Origin: Haliotis rubra
Lineage: Eukaryota
Assembly: GCF_003918875.1 (NCBI RefSeq)
Contig: NW_025767246.1
Location: 930,001-994,000 of the forward strand
Length of the DNA stretch: 64,000 nucleotides
Direction of reading: 5' to 3'
Of this stretch, positions 11,471 to 25,600 are shown piece after piece. The position numbers and the translations under genes were made by a program. The notes beneath the pieces were generated by a model that was not told the DNA's origin, did no database searches, and saw only the letters and a list, made by a program, of their open reading frames with translations. Positions within the stretch are counted from its first letter, which is position 1. Every line of letters begins with the position of its first letter.

Positions 11471-13753
11471 TCATTCATCCCTCTCCTTATAGTGCTGGAA
11501 GAGTGTATGTAGAGATGACCAAAAGGAGAAAAATTTGTCAACACCACAAGAGGAAGAATAAACATATCTTGTAATGTCATAAAACTTAATTATCTCCCTT
11601 TTCACATGACTGATAAAGGGTACAGTTGAATTTCTGCTGTGTCTAAAGATAACTTGCTTTAAAACAAGTATTATGGCATTAATTGGATTATTATTTTTTC
11701 CTTTAATTCCAAGTAAGACATTCTGTTTTGTGAAGTATAACGGAATATTCAAGTCAGTTAAGAGCCATGACTGGAGGTTTTTCCAGATATCTTGAACAAT
11801 TTCACAGTCCCAAAATAGATGGGTAATTGATTCAATGTTATATTTGCAGAAACTGCAAATGGGAGAGTCTATATACTTGATCTTAAACAAAAGCTGTTTT
11901 GTAGGTAGAATATTATGGATAATTCTGTATTGTAACCATCTTAGATCAATACTACAGGTGCACTTCCATGGGATAATATTAAATATTTCCCAGTCCTTTG
12001 GTAGGAGATTTAGATTCAAGCTATCCAAGTTTTTATTATAGTGTTCTGTTTTTATTTTAGCGCATAGGAGTTTTTCATAGAAATATTTGCTACCTTTTTC
12101 ACTGAACTTTAGTTTAGACAAATCAAAAGGGTATGTCGGTTAAATGCTCAATGTTGTAGAATGTGAAATATTTATCTTTAACACGTATGTAATAATTGCT
12201 TGTTTGGCCCCTTCAAAGGTCAGGAAATTTGTTCTGAGTTTATATAGATGTATAAAGTCATCAAAGGATAGAAATTTCCCTTCTGCTGTCAACATGTCAG
12301 ATACAAACATAACTCCCTTGTTGTACCAATATTTATACAGAATAGGTTTGTTATCAACCAATATGTCATCATTACACCAGATAGACTGTGACTGGATTTC
12401 AAATTCACTTGTAATAGTATCTTTTTGCTTAGATGGGAACCAAGCCCAAGCAAGTAACACATCCTTCCAAAACTGATTGGTTATGGTTGTAGTAACAACA
12501 TTTTTAATATAATTGCTGTCTGCAGACCATAGGTAAATTTCACATGTTATCTTTCTAAGAAAAACATAGTCCCACTTATTTGGTTTTTGTAATAGTTTTC
12601 TTACCCATCCAAGCTTTTGGGCCGCAATTGTCGATATGATTTGTGGTACCTTTAATCCACCATGTTTAGGGAGAGATGTGATAATGTCCCTTTTAACTTT
12701 GTCTGGTTTTCCTTTCCAAATAAATCTAAAACATAGCTTTTGAAGCTTATCTAAGACATGATCTGGAGGGTTTGGGAGGGAAGCAAATAAGTGATTTAAT
12801 TTTGGAAGCAGGAGTGATTTCAAAACTGTGTTTCTTCCAAAGGGAGTGAGTGTTTGTGCTGACCAGGTATTCATTTCTTTCGTAATTTGAGACAATTTAT
12901 CAGAATAATTCTTTTCAACCATACTTTCTAAATCTATGTCAAAATGAATACCTAAAAGTGTAAATTCTGTATGAGACCAGTCGAAATTCCAGTCTTTGCA
13001 TAATTTAGTCTTGATCTCTTGTTTGATCCTATCCAAATTAGCTATGTTTTTTCAATATTAATTTTTAGCCCAGAGAATCTTGCAAAGAATTGCAATGTAT
13101 TTAAAGCAGCATAAAGACATCTTTCAGAACCATCCAGTGTCATCGTCGTATCATCAGCAAATTGTGACATAATTTATTCAATATTATCAATTTTTATTCC
13201 TCTTATATACCTATTATTTTTTAGCATTAAGGCCAAAATTTCTACACAAACCAAAAATATATAAGCCCCGGGTTATTTTAAAGAAGGGTGATGCAAAGCC
13301 ATTAACCAATACACTGGATTCAATATCATGATAGAAAGGTTTACCCATTGAATCAAATCTGGTCCAAAGTGATAGAAATTGAGAACATTGAGAATATATT
13401 TCAAGTCAACCGAGTCAAAAGCTTTTTCAAAGTCAATCAATAGGAGTAGTCCAGGGATTTGATATGTTTTGGTATGTTCCATCAGGTCATAAATTAGTCT
13501 AGTTACTTCTCCTATATATCTTCCAATGATAAAGCCCTTTTGGTCTTCACTGATAATTCTGAAGAATAGGCTTAATTCTGTTGGCAATGGCTGCAGCAGC
13601 AATTTTATATGAGATATTTAGAAGCGAAATGGGTCGCCAGTTCTTTAAAAACCTTTTGGGCTTATTTCCTTTAGGAATACATGTTACAAGTCCCTGTTTC
13701 TGGGAGAGAGATAAATTTCCAGTTCGAAAAGAAAAATTCCGAGATTTAATCAA
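11471..13753 (-). pseudogene. LINE ORF2 (RT plus C-terminal zinc-binding domain), disrupted
   Basis: ORFs 13547-13753, 13273-13602, 12140-13036 and 11471-12121 join via frameshifts and one in-frame TAA (12140); the RT motif B QG segment is deleted near 13270. Confidence 0.9.
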
Positions 13754-14386
13754 GAATTTTTACTATACTGACGTACAAAAGAAACTACACAGCTTAATCT
13801 TTTTTCATTCGTTTCTGGTGTGAGAGGAGGGATTGTGGGACGGGGGTACTTCACAAAATACATAATAAATATTGCAAGATTTGCCAATGCACGGGAGATC
13901 CCGATTTCGACGTTGCCAGCGATTCATGTCCCTTGCCAGTTTATATAGGGGCGTTGCATAGTCAGTCACAAATCCGACTCGAGTCCTTACTATAAGTGAA
14001 TCCGATTCTTGGTGTGATATTGCTGGTGCTAAAAGCGACCATACTTACACAACTCTTACACAACTCTTAATTGTGATCATTTAACAGCACCTAAATACAT
14101 TCAGATTTAAGTTTGAGAATTATTGAAAGTTCCATGTGTGACATAAATCAGTTTGAGAGTTAATATTGGAGCCAAATGTGTGTTTTTTGTTTTAGGCTGC
14201 TTTTTGCAATTTCATTACGATGAACAAGTCTGTAAAAAGAATGCGCAGGTTTTTTAGCCAATCAGATGTCAACTTTCTGAAAACATCTCGAATTAGAAAC
14301 CAAATACCACGCGGAACGCATACATCTACAAACCTCTAGATGTCACATGACGTCCATAACGGTGCTCATGAAGGTCTGAGGCCTGA

Positions 14387-14600
14387 CTCATGAAGATCGG
14401 TTAGAATTGATCTTCAGCAACCCATGCTTGTCGTAAGAGGCGGTTAACGAGATCGGGTGGTCAGGCTCGCTGGCGTGGTTGACACATGTCATCGTATCCC
14501 ATCTGCGTAGATCGATATTCATGGTGTTAATCACTGGACTATCTGGTCCAGACTCGATTATTCACAAAATATTTCTGAATACGGCTGAACAAACAACAAA
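14387..14600 (+). mobile_element. SINE-B copy with TSD
   Basis: Starts ctcatgaagatc; 9-bp TSD gaggcctga at 14378-14386 and 14601-14609. Confidence 0.9.
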
Positions 14601-14829
14601 GAGGCCTGATGGCCATTCGTTAACTGATACCACCTCTGCCAACACGTTTCAGAGAAACAATAAGTAAGAGGGGGAAAAAATAAGTTAACTCGTAATAGAT
14701 CCACCAGGGCAAACCCTTGTGAGATGTAGTTATGAATGCTTTATTGAACACCTGTCCATCCATAAACCTCTCTTCACTCACAACGGGTTATCCGGAGATC
14801 TGGTATCCAGATAAACCCTGTCAAAGTTA

Positions 14830-16950
14830 TCACAAAATATCTTTTTCGCATAAATGACACATGATACTCGAACACAACTTTTGAATTAACTCCGGCGAAT
14901 ACTTAGACATGTCGTAACAGCTGAACATTGTTTCGCCACCCAGTTGCTCATATTTAACATAGGCGCGTACCGAGAACATCGTTGCGCTGTCAACAAGATC
15001 TGTGTTCTGGCAGCCACGGCGGGTCTTTATAACGATATTTATGTACATGTTCTTGGCGGGATCTATCGCCGCCCTTTTGGTGACACATCATCAAATGCTT
15101 TATCGGAAAGCAAAACTGTTAAATAACTCCCTCAAAGAAGTGTGATGTTTTTCAAATAGGTAGAAAAGCAATCTGAGCACAATGTTAGTTGCTCGCAAGG
15201 GAGGATGTTTAATCCGTTTTCATAGGCAAATGTTGGCTAGTCGTGGCCGAAGCCACCATGACCAGAGATAGACTCCAGCCATTTGGGAAATCATCGCAGA
15301 CATCTTCAACTTCCTATCACATGTAATGGCTCGTATTCCTGAAGCCTGGAAACGGTTAACAAGTTTCCGTGTAATTATGCATTTTGTGACTATTTCAGAA
15401 TCGTTACTGAAAAACACCCGCTACACTTTTACAGAGATTGGCGCAGAGACTCTGAAGAAGGAAAAACCATTAATAAGTGCACTTAATAAAATGGCCAGGT
15501 CTTGGATAAAAACTACTTTGAGTTTTATCTGGACTCGGGAGAGAGTCGGGGACAAATGAAGGCACTTGCAGAACCTCAATTACCCAGCTTGGCAGTTTCT
15601 CCACGCGCTGCGGTGCACCTTGGGAGCTGTTTGGGGGATTACTGTTCCAGCATTCCTTACAGAGTTTGATTTATTTCCATGCGTACAGGGGCAAGCATCC
15701 ATTTCAGTCCGCGCTTCGGCGACTACCGTCCGAGAAACATACTACAATATATTGATTCCTATTACGTAAACTACAAATTGCCTCTCGTATTTAAAGTTCA
15801 TTGAAACAAAAACAATTTGAGTTTTTCAAATCCATTGCTTTGTGTTCCGATCACTGCATGGTGATGTTGAACAATGCCTTACATCCCCATCGACCGGGCA
15901 ATGATTCCAGACAGGCTAACACTGGGTGGTGGATTCTTGTCGGCATATTTGAGAAAACTCTCCGAGCTCTGCTCGACTTATCGTACCACGAGCAGTTCTT
16001 GAAGATAGGTCTCACCGAGTGTTGGGCACGAACGTGGTGTAACTTGTGCTCGCGGAAGGATCAGGCAGCTGCGCGGAGTAATTCGGTCTCGTATCTATTG
16101 ATACCCGGATCAACGAGACCGTACAAAACCGGCGCCAGTTGTTAACAGCGCTGCCTCCTCTTCTTCAAGTAGTGCCTCTCTTACACACTGCATGGCGCAA
16201 AACTGATTAAAACGTTGCTTTCGCGAAATCGTAAACCGGTTCATTTCTGAAAAGCTGATCGATGTGAAATGTGCCTGTAATTTGGAGAGTAAGATGATAC
16301 TACATTCGATAATGTAATGTCACTTAAAGACTAGTCCTTCTGAATTATCTGGATTCAAGGCTTCTCTTAGATGATTGGGAAACGCGGCTCAATGTCCAAG
16401 AATGTCTTTGAGAAAATATGTCTCTTGCTGTTGATGAGATTCCCTTATTACTTCCAGGGCGTGGTGCCATCAGCTGAAACGAGTGTCATTTCCTCAGGCA
16501 TTTATCGATCCATGAAAGCCCACGTTCACGTCAAAGTTCAAAGGGGTGTTGGTTGTATTTTCAAGTCATTATGCCGTTTCCACAGACTCTGTTTGTTCAT
16601 GTTTAGTTGAAAGGAAACGTAAGTACCAAACTTTGGTTGGTGGTTGCACAGCAACAGTATTTTAATGGCTAAGTATATCTACCTGGTTCGCACACCGCGA
16701 GTAATGAAATTCTCAGATTTTGATTTTACGTTAATGATTGTAATAAATAGTCTTGGTTTCAAAAGAATCTTAAACATACCTTAGGTCCCAGATATCCTTT
16801 TATCAAAGAGCTGCGATTGATGAGACGCGTATATTCATTTGAACAGGTCGTTACAAACTGGTACTCTGAACGGTTCATCATCCGACCGACTTAACGCCAG
16901 ACACTCACTTATAAAAGTAATTGAAGCAATTCTGCTTTACTTTGAAGACA
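14830..16950 (+). pseudogene. Heavily decayed Ty3/Gypsy pol (RT, RNase H, integrase)
   Basis: Collinear motif remnants across frames: LLVTHHQML (~DL..GYHQI), KTV (~KTAF), SHVMARIPEAWKRL plus PCNYA (~V..RL..AG..L..KC.F), CSDH (~TDH), LCSR (~ALSR), PRMSLRKYVSCC at 16396 (~PGM..DV..YV.SC). Confidence 0.55.
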
Positions 16951-17307
16951 CTTTAACGTACATAGTACGTCCTTTGGTCTGCTTGATCATGTACAAACCG
17001 TGTCTTCTGTAGCTGAAGTTGACAGAGGCAGCGCCACTACCACGACTGCTATGAAACATCGTCTACGACGAACATGTGACAGCGACCAACAGACGTTCAT
17101 ATAAATGAGCTCATTGACTTCCCCATGCTTGGGGTTAATAGGGGATGGGGAAAGCTTGCTCCGACGTAGCAGATGATACCTGTCATGAGCCACGTTGTGT
17201 AGGGGACGACGTCGGCGGCGACGGCAGACAGGCTAAATGGCGGGGACAGCATCGTCAGGATTATCATTAATAGATTAGAGTAATGTTCTAGCGTTTCCTC
17301 TTCCAAA

Positions 17308-17465
17308 TTGAGTGTTATGGTTTTACGCCACTTTTAGCAGCAGTCTACCAATATCAGGGCGGGGACACCAGAAATAGGCTTCAAACTAGGTACCCTTTGT
17401 GCGGACTCGAACCTGAGCCTTCGACGTGACAAGCGAACGCTTTAACCACCAAGCTATCCATTCAT
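17308..17465 (-). mobile_element. SINE-A, diverged copy
   Basis: ggttttacgccacttttagca...ggggacaccagaaataggcttc...gtgacaagcgaacgctttaaccac. Confidence 0.85.
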
Positions 17466-17609
17466 CCTTCTTTTAAAGAATCAAATTTTTATGATGTTGT
17501 CTTCATAATTGGATAATAAAGAGTATGTGTACATTAATAAACTTAACTGAAGCAGTCACTGGATTAGTACTTTTGGTTGAAGCTCTGTGTGTGTGTGTGA
17601 ACGTGCTTC

Positions 17610-18045
17610 TATATATACACACTACTCTAGATGCAGAGGCTTCAACTATGTACAAATCTTTTTACAGAGGCAACTATGCAGGCATACTACTATATATACA
17701 GAGGTTTTAACTATCCATGTACACTGCCCTCCAAACAGAGGCTTCAACTATACACACACTACTCTACGTGCAGAGGCTTCAAGTATATACACATACTACT
17801 CTACGTACAGAGGCTTCAAGTATACACATACACTACTCTACATACAGAGGCTTCAACTATACACACTACTCTACATACAGAGGCTTACACCATACATACA
17901 CACTACTCTACATACAGAGGCTTCAACTATACACACACCACCCTATACACAGAAGTTTTAGATAAACATGCAAACTACTTTACATACAGAGGCTTCATCT
18001 ATACACACACCAATCTACATACAGAAGCTTCAACTATACATACAT
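17610..18045. repeat. Degenerate ~33-35-bp minisatellite
   Basis: Unit ~tacacacactactctacatacagaggcttcaacta. Confidence 0.9.
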
Positions 18046-18482
18046 GCACTTAACCTTCTCTCACTTGCTAATGTAGCATGTATTTCCTATCTCTTTGTGC
18101 CTGTGTTCACGAGCCAATCCCTGCGGGCATTGCTTGTATGCATGCTATTAACGTCAGACATCACGAACTCCGACGGGACTTACATACCATTCAGTTATTG
18201 CCTACATTACTACAAACTCTCATTTCGCTACTTAGCTATCGAAGTTAGGTTCGACACACCAAGAATTTGCTAACAGCGTTCATTTCGCTACTTAGTTACT
18301 GAAATAAGGTTGAACACATCTGGAATTCTCTAAAAATGTAATTTTCGCTCACAACTCGATCCTGTATTAGTGATTAAAGACAGTTTCGACTCATCCAGAA
18401 CTCGTTAACAACATTCAAGTTCAGTTCCACGCATCTGGCATTCGATGACAACGTACATGTTGCAACTATGCTATCTAAGTTA

Positions 18483-18992
18483 TCCCAGAACCTCCATCCA
18501 TGAACTCACCCCCAGAACCACCGTCCATGCACTTACTCCCAGAACCTCCATCCATGCACTCACTTACAGAACCTCCATCGATGCTTCACTCCCAGAACCT
18601 CCATCCATGCTTCACTCCCAGAACCTCCATCCCTGCGCTTATTCACAGAACCTCCATCCATACACTCACTCACAGAACCTCCATCCATGCGCTTACTCCC
18701 AGAACCTCCATCCATGCGCGTACTCCCAGAACCTCCATCCATGCACTCCCTCCCAGAACCTCCATCCATACACTCACTCACAGAACCTCCATCCATGCAC
18801 TCACTCACAGAACCTCCATCCATGCACTTACTCACAGAACCAACAATCCATGCACTCACTCACAGAACCTCCATCCATGCACTTACCCCCGAACCTCTAC
18901 CCATGCTCTCACTCCCAGAACCTCCATCCATGCACTGTCCCTCAGAACCTCCATCCATGCACTCACTCCCAGAACCTCTACCCATGCACTGA
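18483..18992. repeat. ~27-bp minisatellite
   Basis: Unit cccagaacctccatccatgcactcact. Confidence 0.93.
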
Positions 18993-19951
18993 TTCCCTCC
19001 TTGACAATAAAACCACGACCCGCAATAGCCCTCCCGTGAAACACACCACCCGTCATGACATGTTCCTAGGGTAAGGTATACTAGATAGTGTTTGTTAGCC
19101 TAGATACTGAACTTTTATTGGCACTGGCAATGAATAATGCTCTGTGTGGCTGCCTTTGGGAGCATTAAAATCACAACCTTATACATAGATCATGAAGGTT
19201 TGTCACGACAGTCTGCAGCACGAGGTAACAACACAGTGCACACCCAGGGGTGAAATGTCCAACTGCTGATATGCAGTGTTTAACACCAATATGTATGCAT
19301 CATCGCGCTCGGGGTGCTAAGGGGCTACCATTGAAATACAGGAGATACAGAGAGCTTTTTCGATATAGTGATACTTGGCACTTGTATATGTACAATAATG
19401 TAGATGTTTTATAAATACAGGAATACTAAGAGGCTGTATTTGTGCAACAATATAGAGAATGAATAACTACATGAACGCAACGGCCTGATTTCCTGAAGGG
19501 ATAAACAGGGACTGTTGTTGTATACTAAGAGGCTTCGTGACTATGTGAATACCAATGGGTTGTATTCGTTGTATTTGTACGAGAATACAAAGAGATTTTA
19601 TTACTCCACGAATACTTATTACCAAATGAATTCTAAATCGCTGTCCTTGTAAGTAATGTTAAGAGACTGAACTACTTCATGAATATTAAGAGACTGAATA
19701 TCATGTGAATACTATGAGTTTGGGCTGCTACGTAAATACTAAGAGACTGAACTACTACGTCTTGTACAGCGGCGTTAATTTACAAACACCAAAATATAAG
19801 GATTAAATGCATGCACATCGTGTGTCATAAATATGAATTCACGATAATTAGTAAATATCGACGTTATACTAAATTACATTCTTCAGCACGTTGGGCGTTA
19901 TTGATACATATTCCCCAAAGACGAAAATTTGCCAGTTTTCATTAAGACCAA

Positions 19952-20140
19952 CCCTGAAGATCCGGGTTAGAAGTGGTCTTCAGCAAGCCATGATTATCGC
20001 AAGAGGAGATTAACGGGATTGTTGGTCGGCCTCGTTGATTTAGTTGATACATATCATCGTATCATAGATCAATGTTCATGATTTCAATCACTGGACTGTC
20101 TAATTCAGACCTGTTTGTTTACAGACTGCCGTCATACAGT
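19952..20140 (+). mobile_element. SINE-B, diverged copy
   Basis: ccctgaagatccgggttagaagtggtcttcagc...atcactggactgtct...tttacagactgccgtcata. Confidence 0.82.
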
Positions 20141-20449
20141 TGACATGTAACGACATGCACGACATGTAACTTACTGAACTTAAGAACTGAACACTGGGTG
20201 TACAACAAGGTTCGTGCCTTGTACGTGTGTTTTTGATAAAACGTGGGGACAAAGCCTTTCAGTCACGAGTATTGGTAAATGAAATATGTCCCGAAGACCT
20301 CCTACACAGAGGTTAACACCTTGCTGACCAGCGATGAGTTTTTAACGACTACAGCTTCATAATTGTAATTATTATTTCTGCAGTAGTCAAATGGTGATTT
20401 GATACCCTATCCTATGTATGAGGCTGGTGCGAAGGTCGTTAGCCATCTG

Positions 20450-21750
20450 CTTGTCTGGCTCCTGTCCTCTGATGACGCTTTTGACCTGCAGTAATGGCCA
20501 AACGCCTCATCTGGTAAATCAACCGTGATGTTTTTCAGGGTCAGGATCGACTTTCCAGCCAGCGATGAGAACAAATTATGCAGTTTGAATAATACATGGT
20601 GTATTAATGAGTGAGATTATAGTCCTCTCGTCATTAGGTTTAATAGCATGGAGCTACAGACGTTGATTTCAAGCTCTCCTCCATCCTAATATATGCCATT
20701 GTCTCAGCTTTGCCTTCACACTCTTGATGAGGCATAGATCTGAGAATTACCAACAACCGATATTTGATATCGCAAACTGCTTTATAATTAGTGGTTAACC
20801 CTGAAGCTGATGAGAGGGTTTGGGTTGAAGCGTCTGTGGCAGATCAAATCGACGAGCAGTGAGTCCATAAATTGCCTACGTCAATAGATCTTGTCAGCCT
20901 TTTCATCATAGTTCATTTGCATGTCTTACAATCGACTTACGTTTTCCTGTAGCCACGGGAATCAATATCTAGCACTATTTCCCCTTGCTAATCTTCTCAG
21001 GTTGAAAGTAACACCTTTGGGGATTTCTTACCTTCAGCAGTGTCTCGGAAATAATTATGAATTACTTCATCAAACTTTCCGTAAATACCAACGTAAGTAG
21101 CTTTGTGGATCGATAGCGCTTCCCACATGCGAAACACCTCTCTCCAAACGTGCGTGCTCCCCTGGTCTCCCTTTGACGGGCGGTAATTACTTAGGGCAGG
21201 TGAGCTGATCACGCCGAAGTATTGTCTCCGCTCACGTCAGCCGTCAGACGCCGCGCGCGCAACCACGGCGCAGCGTCCAGGGATAATGGCGGCACGAGTA
21301 ATGCCTATTGATCTATCGATCTTTCAGGCTGAGACTACGCTGATCAATAACGTGATTTCAATCAGTCGGCACTGAGCACAAAACTTGTTACACGGCAACC
21401 AAGGGTCATTTAAGGTTGAGCAAGATTGAAGTGCGCGCTTGGGAACGCTTCGCTGGGTTTTGAAATGTTGTGTTACCATGTCGCGCCTGCCAACGTTGAT
21501 GATTAGGGATAAAATGACCACTCATGCTGTTGACATCTTCTTCTTTTTTTAAAATGTAACCAATAACGCAATATTGTCGGTTCGATAACACAACAATAGC
21601 CGAGTCCACAAATAGATGACGGTATATGATGCTATATAACGGAATTGTATAGGAGCTAAGTTCAGACAGATTGGTCAGGGCAATACAGATCGAGGTCAGC
21701 GATGAGGTCAGACGACATTTCTGGCCGCGGGAGGGGACAGTAACTACTTT
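20450..21750 (-). pseudogene. Heavily decayed RNase H-containing LINE (I/Nimb/Ingi-like) ORF2
   Basis: Collinear remnants: PRSVLP (~PQGSVLSP), LFVDSAI (~LFVDDFAI, ~21600), DEKADKI (~NE.AD.LA, ~20890), AKLRQW..W...LHAIKPN (~20640), ILTLKNITVDLP (~LTVKHIL..CP, ~20520). Confidence 0.6.
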
Positions 21751-21879
21751 ATTGCTAGTCTAGTCAGCGACCAGCTCAGGACCAATCTCCCTCCAAATGC
21801 CCCGAGGACTTTCCTTTCCTCATCCGACGTCAATATAGGTCAGCGTAAACAAACACGCCACCGAAATGATCAGGGGACG

Positions 21880-22300
21880 TTAGTTCCTAGGGCGATGGTT
21901 CTTGATGGAGGATACGTCATCTACGAAGTGGTGGTTGAAGTGTTCGGAAGAGATTGCCATACAAAGGGATCAGAGCTGCAATTTCTCCTGCAGTGTCACC
22001 GAATGAGGCTACATGAGGACACCACATTAAAGACGAAGGTGCCGTCTACAATTCATGATATGATGTCTAAGGTGGAGGTTGTTGTTTCTTCTTTAAGGAC
22101 CCCGAGAGAAACTGAAAGCGATGGCCTCGACATGAAATACATGCAGCAGTACCGCAGTCCTTGTAGAAACCTGCTCCATCCCCAATAAAGATTTCTCAAC
22201 ACATTGTTGATAGTCACTGACCTGTGAAGCTTGTCCTGCTCGAGAGTTGAAAATCTTGTTTCCAATTAATTCGGTCGATTGATCATTGTAATACATGTTA
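21880..22300 (-). pseudogene. Possible decayed LINE ORF1 fragment
   Basis: RFSTLEQDKLHRSVTINNV (~LEQYSR..N.RI.G) and HFVDDVS (~FI..DLT). Confidence 0.35.
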
Positions 22301-22654
22301 TCATCTATTCATGTATTTATTTGTTTTTGTTGTTGTGATAGCTGTTTTGTGATAAGCAATATAGATTACCTACTGATAACTGGAATTACAATGTTCTGAT
22401 AATGAAAAGCCTGCACTCGTTGGGTGAGTTAAAATGTATTTTTACTTTACAGGTTATTTCACGTGAAGGTGCATGTTCCATATACAGAGCCTGGTGATTA
22501 TTGCTTCTCTTGTTTAACAAGGGCGTTATGGGTGTTTGTCTACGTTGTTTTGTGTGGCGTCTGCACGGGCAATGGCGTTTCACACACAAGGATAAACAAC
22601 GTCCTTTGCGATTTGCGCACGTCAATCCACCTACTAACCGTTCACAATTGTTAA

Positions 22655-25600
22655 CGTAGGGGAAACTTAAATGTCCATAACGTAAGAGCACCATCCGTTG
22701 ACGCAGGGAGAAGTTAAACGTCCAATACCTAAGTGCACCGTCCGTCAATGCATTGGAGAAGTTAAACGTCCAATAAGTAAGTGCACCATCCGTCAATGAA
22801 GGGAGAACTTAAACGTCCACTACATAAGTGCACCATCCGTCAATGTATGGAGAAGTTAAATGTCCGTTACGAAAGTGCACTTTCCGTCTATGCACTGGAG
22901 AAGTTAAACGTCCACTACCTAAGTGCACCGTCCGTCAATGCATTGGAGAAGTTAAGCGTCCAATAAGTAAGAGCACCATCCGTCAATGTATGGAGAAGTT
23001 TAACGTCCACTACGTAAGTGCACCATCCGTCAATGTATGGAGAAGTTTAACGTCCACTACGTAAGTGCACCATCCGTCAATGTATGGAGAAGTTTAACGT
23101 CCACTACGTAATGCACCATCCGTCAATGTATGGAGAAGTTTAACGTCCACTACGTAAGTGCACCATCCGTCAATGTATGGAGAAGTTTAACGTCCACTAC
23201 GTAAGTGCACCATCCGTCAATGTATGGAGAAGTTAAGCGTCCAATAAGTAAGAGCACCATCCGTCAATGTATGGAGAAGTTTAACGTCCACTACGTACGT
23301 GCACCATCCGTCAATGAAGGGAGAACTTAAACGTCCACTACGTACGTGCACCATCCGTCAATGCATTGGAGAAGTTAAGCGTCCACTACGTACGTGCACC
23401 ATCCGTCAATGTATGGAGAACTTAAACGTCCACTACGTAAGTGCACCATCCGTCAATGCATTGGAGAAGTTAAGCGTCCAATAAGTAAGTGCACCATCCG
23501 TCAATGTAGGGAGAAGTTAAACGTCCACTACGTACGTGCACCATCCGTCAATTTATGGAGAAGTTAAACGTCCACTACGTAAGTGCACCATCCGTCAATG
23601 CATTGGAGAAGTTAAGCGTCCAATAAGTAAGAGCACCATCCGTCAATGTATGGAGAAGTTTAACGTCCACTACGTACGTGCACCATCCGTCAATTTATGG
23701 AGAACTTAAGCGTCCACTACCTAAGTGCACCATCCGTCAATGCATTGGAGAAGTTAAGCGTCCAATAAGTAAGAGCACCATCCGTCAATGTATGGAGAAG
23801 TTTAACGTCCACTACGTACGTGCACCATCCGTCAATTTATGGAGAAGTTAAACGTCCACTACGTAAGTGCACCATCCGTCAATGTATGGAGAAGTTAAGC
23901 GTCCAATAAGTAAAAGCACCATCCGTCAATGTATGGAGAAGTTTAACGTCCACTACGTACGTGCACCATCCGTCAATGAAGGGAGAACTTAAACGTCCAC
24001 TACGTACGTGCACCATCCGTCAATGTATGGAGAAGTTAAGCGTCCAAGAAGTAACAGCACCTCCCGTCAATGTATGGAGAAGTTAAACGTCCACTACGTA
24101 CGTGCACCATCAGTCAATGTATGGAGAAGTTAAACGTCCACTACGTACGTGCACCATCCGTCAATGTATGGATAAGTTAAACGTCCAATAAGTAAGTGCA
24201 CCATCCGTCAATGTATGGAGAAGTTAAACGTCCACTACGCACGTGCACCATCCTTCAATGTATGGATAAGTTAAACGTCCACTACGTAAGTGCACCATCC
24301 GTCAATGAAGGGAGAACTTAAACGTCCACTACATACGTGCACCATCCGTCAATGTATGGAGAAGTTAAACGTCCACTACGTAAGTGCACCATCCGTCAAT
24401 GAAGGGAGAACTTAAACGTCCACTACGTACGTGCACCATCCGTCAATGTATGGAGAAGTTAAACGTTCACTACGTACGTGCACCATCCGTCAATGTATGG
24501 AGAAGTTAAACGTCTACTACGTACGTGCACCATCCGTCAATGTATGGAGAAGTTAAACGTCCACTAAGTAAGTGCACCATCCGTCAATGTAGGGAGAAGC
24601 TAAACGTCCACAACGGAAGTGCACCATCCGTCAATGTATGGAGAAGTTAAACGTCCACTACGTAAGTGCACCATCCGTCAATGTATGGAGACGTTAAGCG
24701 TCCAATAAGTAAGTGCACCATCCGTCAATGTATGGAGAAGTTAAACGTCCAATAAGTAAGTGTACCATCCGTCAATGAAGGGAGAACTTAAACGTCCCCT
24801 ACGTCAGTGCACCATCCGTCAATGTTGGGAGACGTTAAGCGTCCAATAAGTAAGTGCACCATCCGTCAATGTATGGAGAACGTAAACGTCCAATCACTCA
24901 GTGTACCATCCGTCAATGTATGGAGAAGTTAAACGCCCATTACGTAAGTGCACCATCCGTCAATGTATGCAGAACTTAAACGTTCACTACGTACGTGCAC
25001 CATCCGTCAATGTATGGAGAAGTTAAACGTCCACTGCGTAAGTGCACCATCCGTCAATGTATGGAGAAGTTAAATGCTCAATAAGTAAGTGCACCATCCG
25101 TCAATGTAGGGAGAACTTAAATGCCCAAAAAGTAAGTGCACCATCCGTCAATGTATGGAGAACTTAAATGCCCAATAAGTAAGAGCACCATCCGTCAATG
25201 TATGGAGAAGTTAAACGTCCACTAAATAAGTGCACCGTCCGTCAATGTATGGAGAAGTTAAACGTCCACTAAATAAGTGCACCATCCGTCAATGTATGGA
25301 GAACTTAAACGTCCACTACGTAAGTGCATCATCCATCAATGTATGGAGAAGTTAAGCGTCCAATAAGTAAGTGCACCATCCGTCAATGTAGGGAGAGGTT
25401 AAACGTCCACTACGTACGTGCACCATCCGTCAATGTATGGAGAAGTTAAACGTCCACTACGTAAGTGCACCATCCGTCAATGTATGGAGAAGTTAAACGT
25501 CCACAACGGAAGTGCACCATCCGTCAATGAAGGGAGAACTTAAACGTCCACTACGTAAGTGCACCATCCGTCAATGAAGGGAAAACTTAAGTGCCCAATT

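Larger units (their letters stand above)
10960..13760 (-). mobile_element. 5'-truncated Tx1/L1-type non-LTR retrotransposon; 3' UTR boundary approximate
   Basis: RT motifs KNWRPISLLNISYKI, LLIDFEKAFDSV, QFADDTT (13140-13170), SGLKINIEKT; C-terminal CSFC...ESITHLFWDC zinc finger; AATAAA near 10965 on the minus strand. Confidence 0.9.

Noticed and set aside
14830-15048. SCYDMSKYSP resembling motif A of a negative-strand RNA virus RdRp
   Set aside because: No other RdRp motifs are present, and the opposite strand fits Gypsy pol
18445-19074. 209-aa SQNLHPC repeat ORF and the Q/N/P/T-rich ORFs at 34343-36122
   Set aside because: Minisatellite translation artefacts, open in multiple frames
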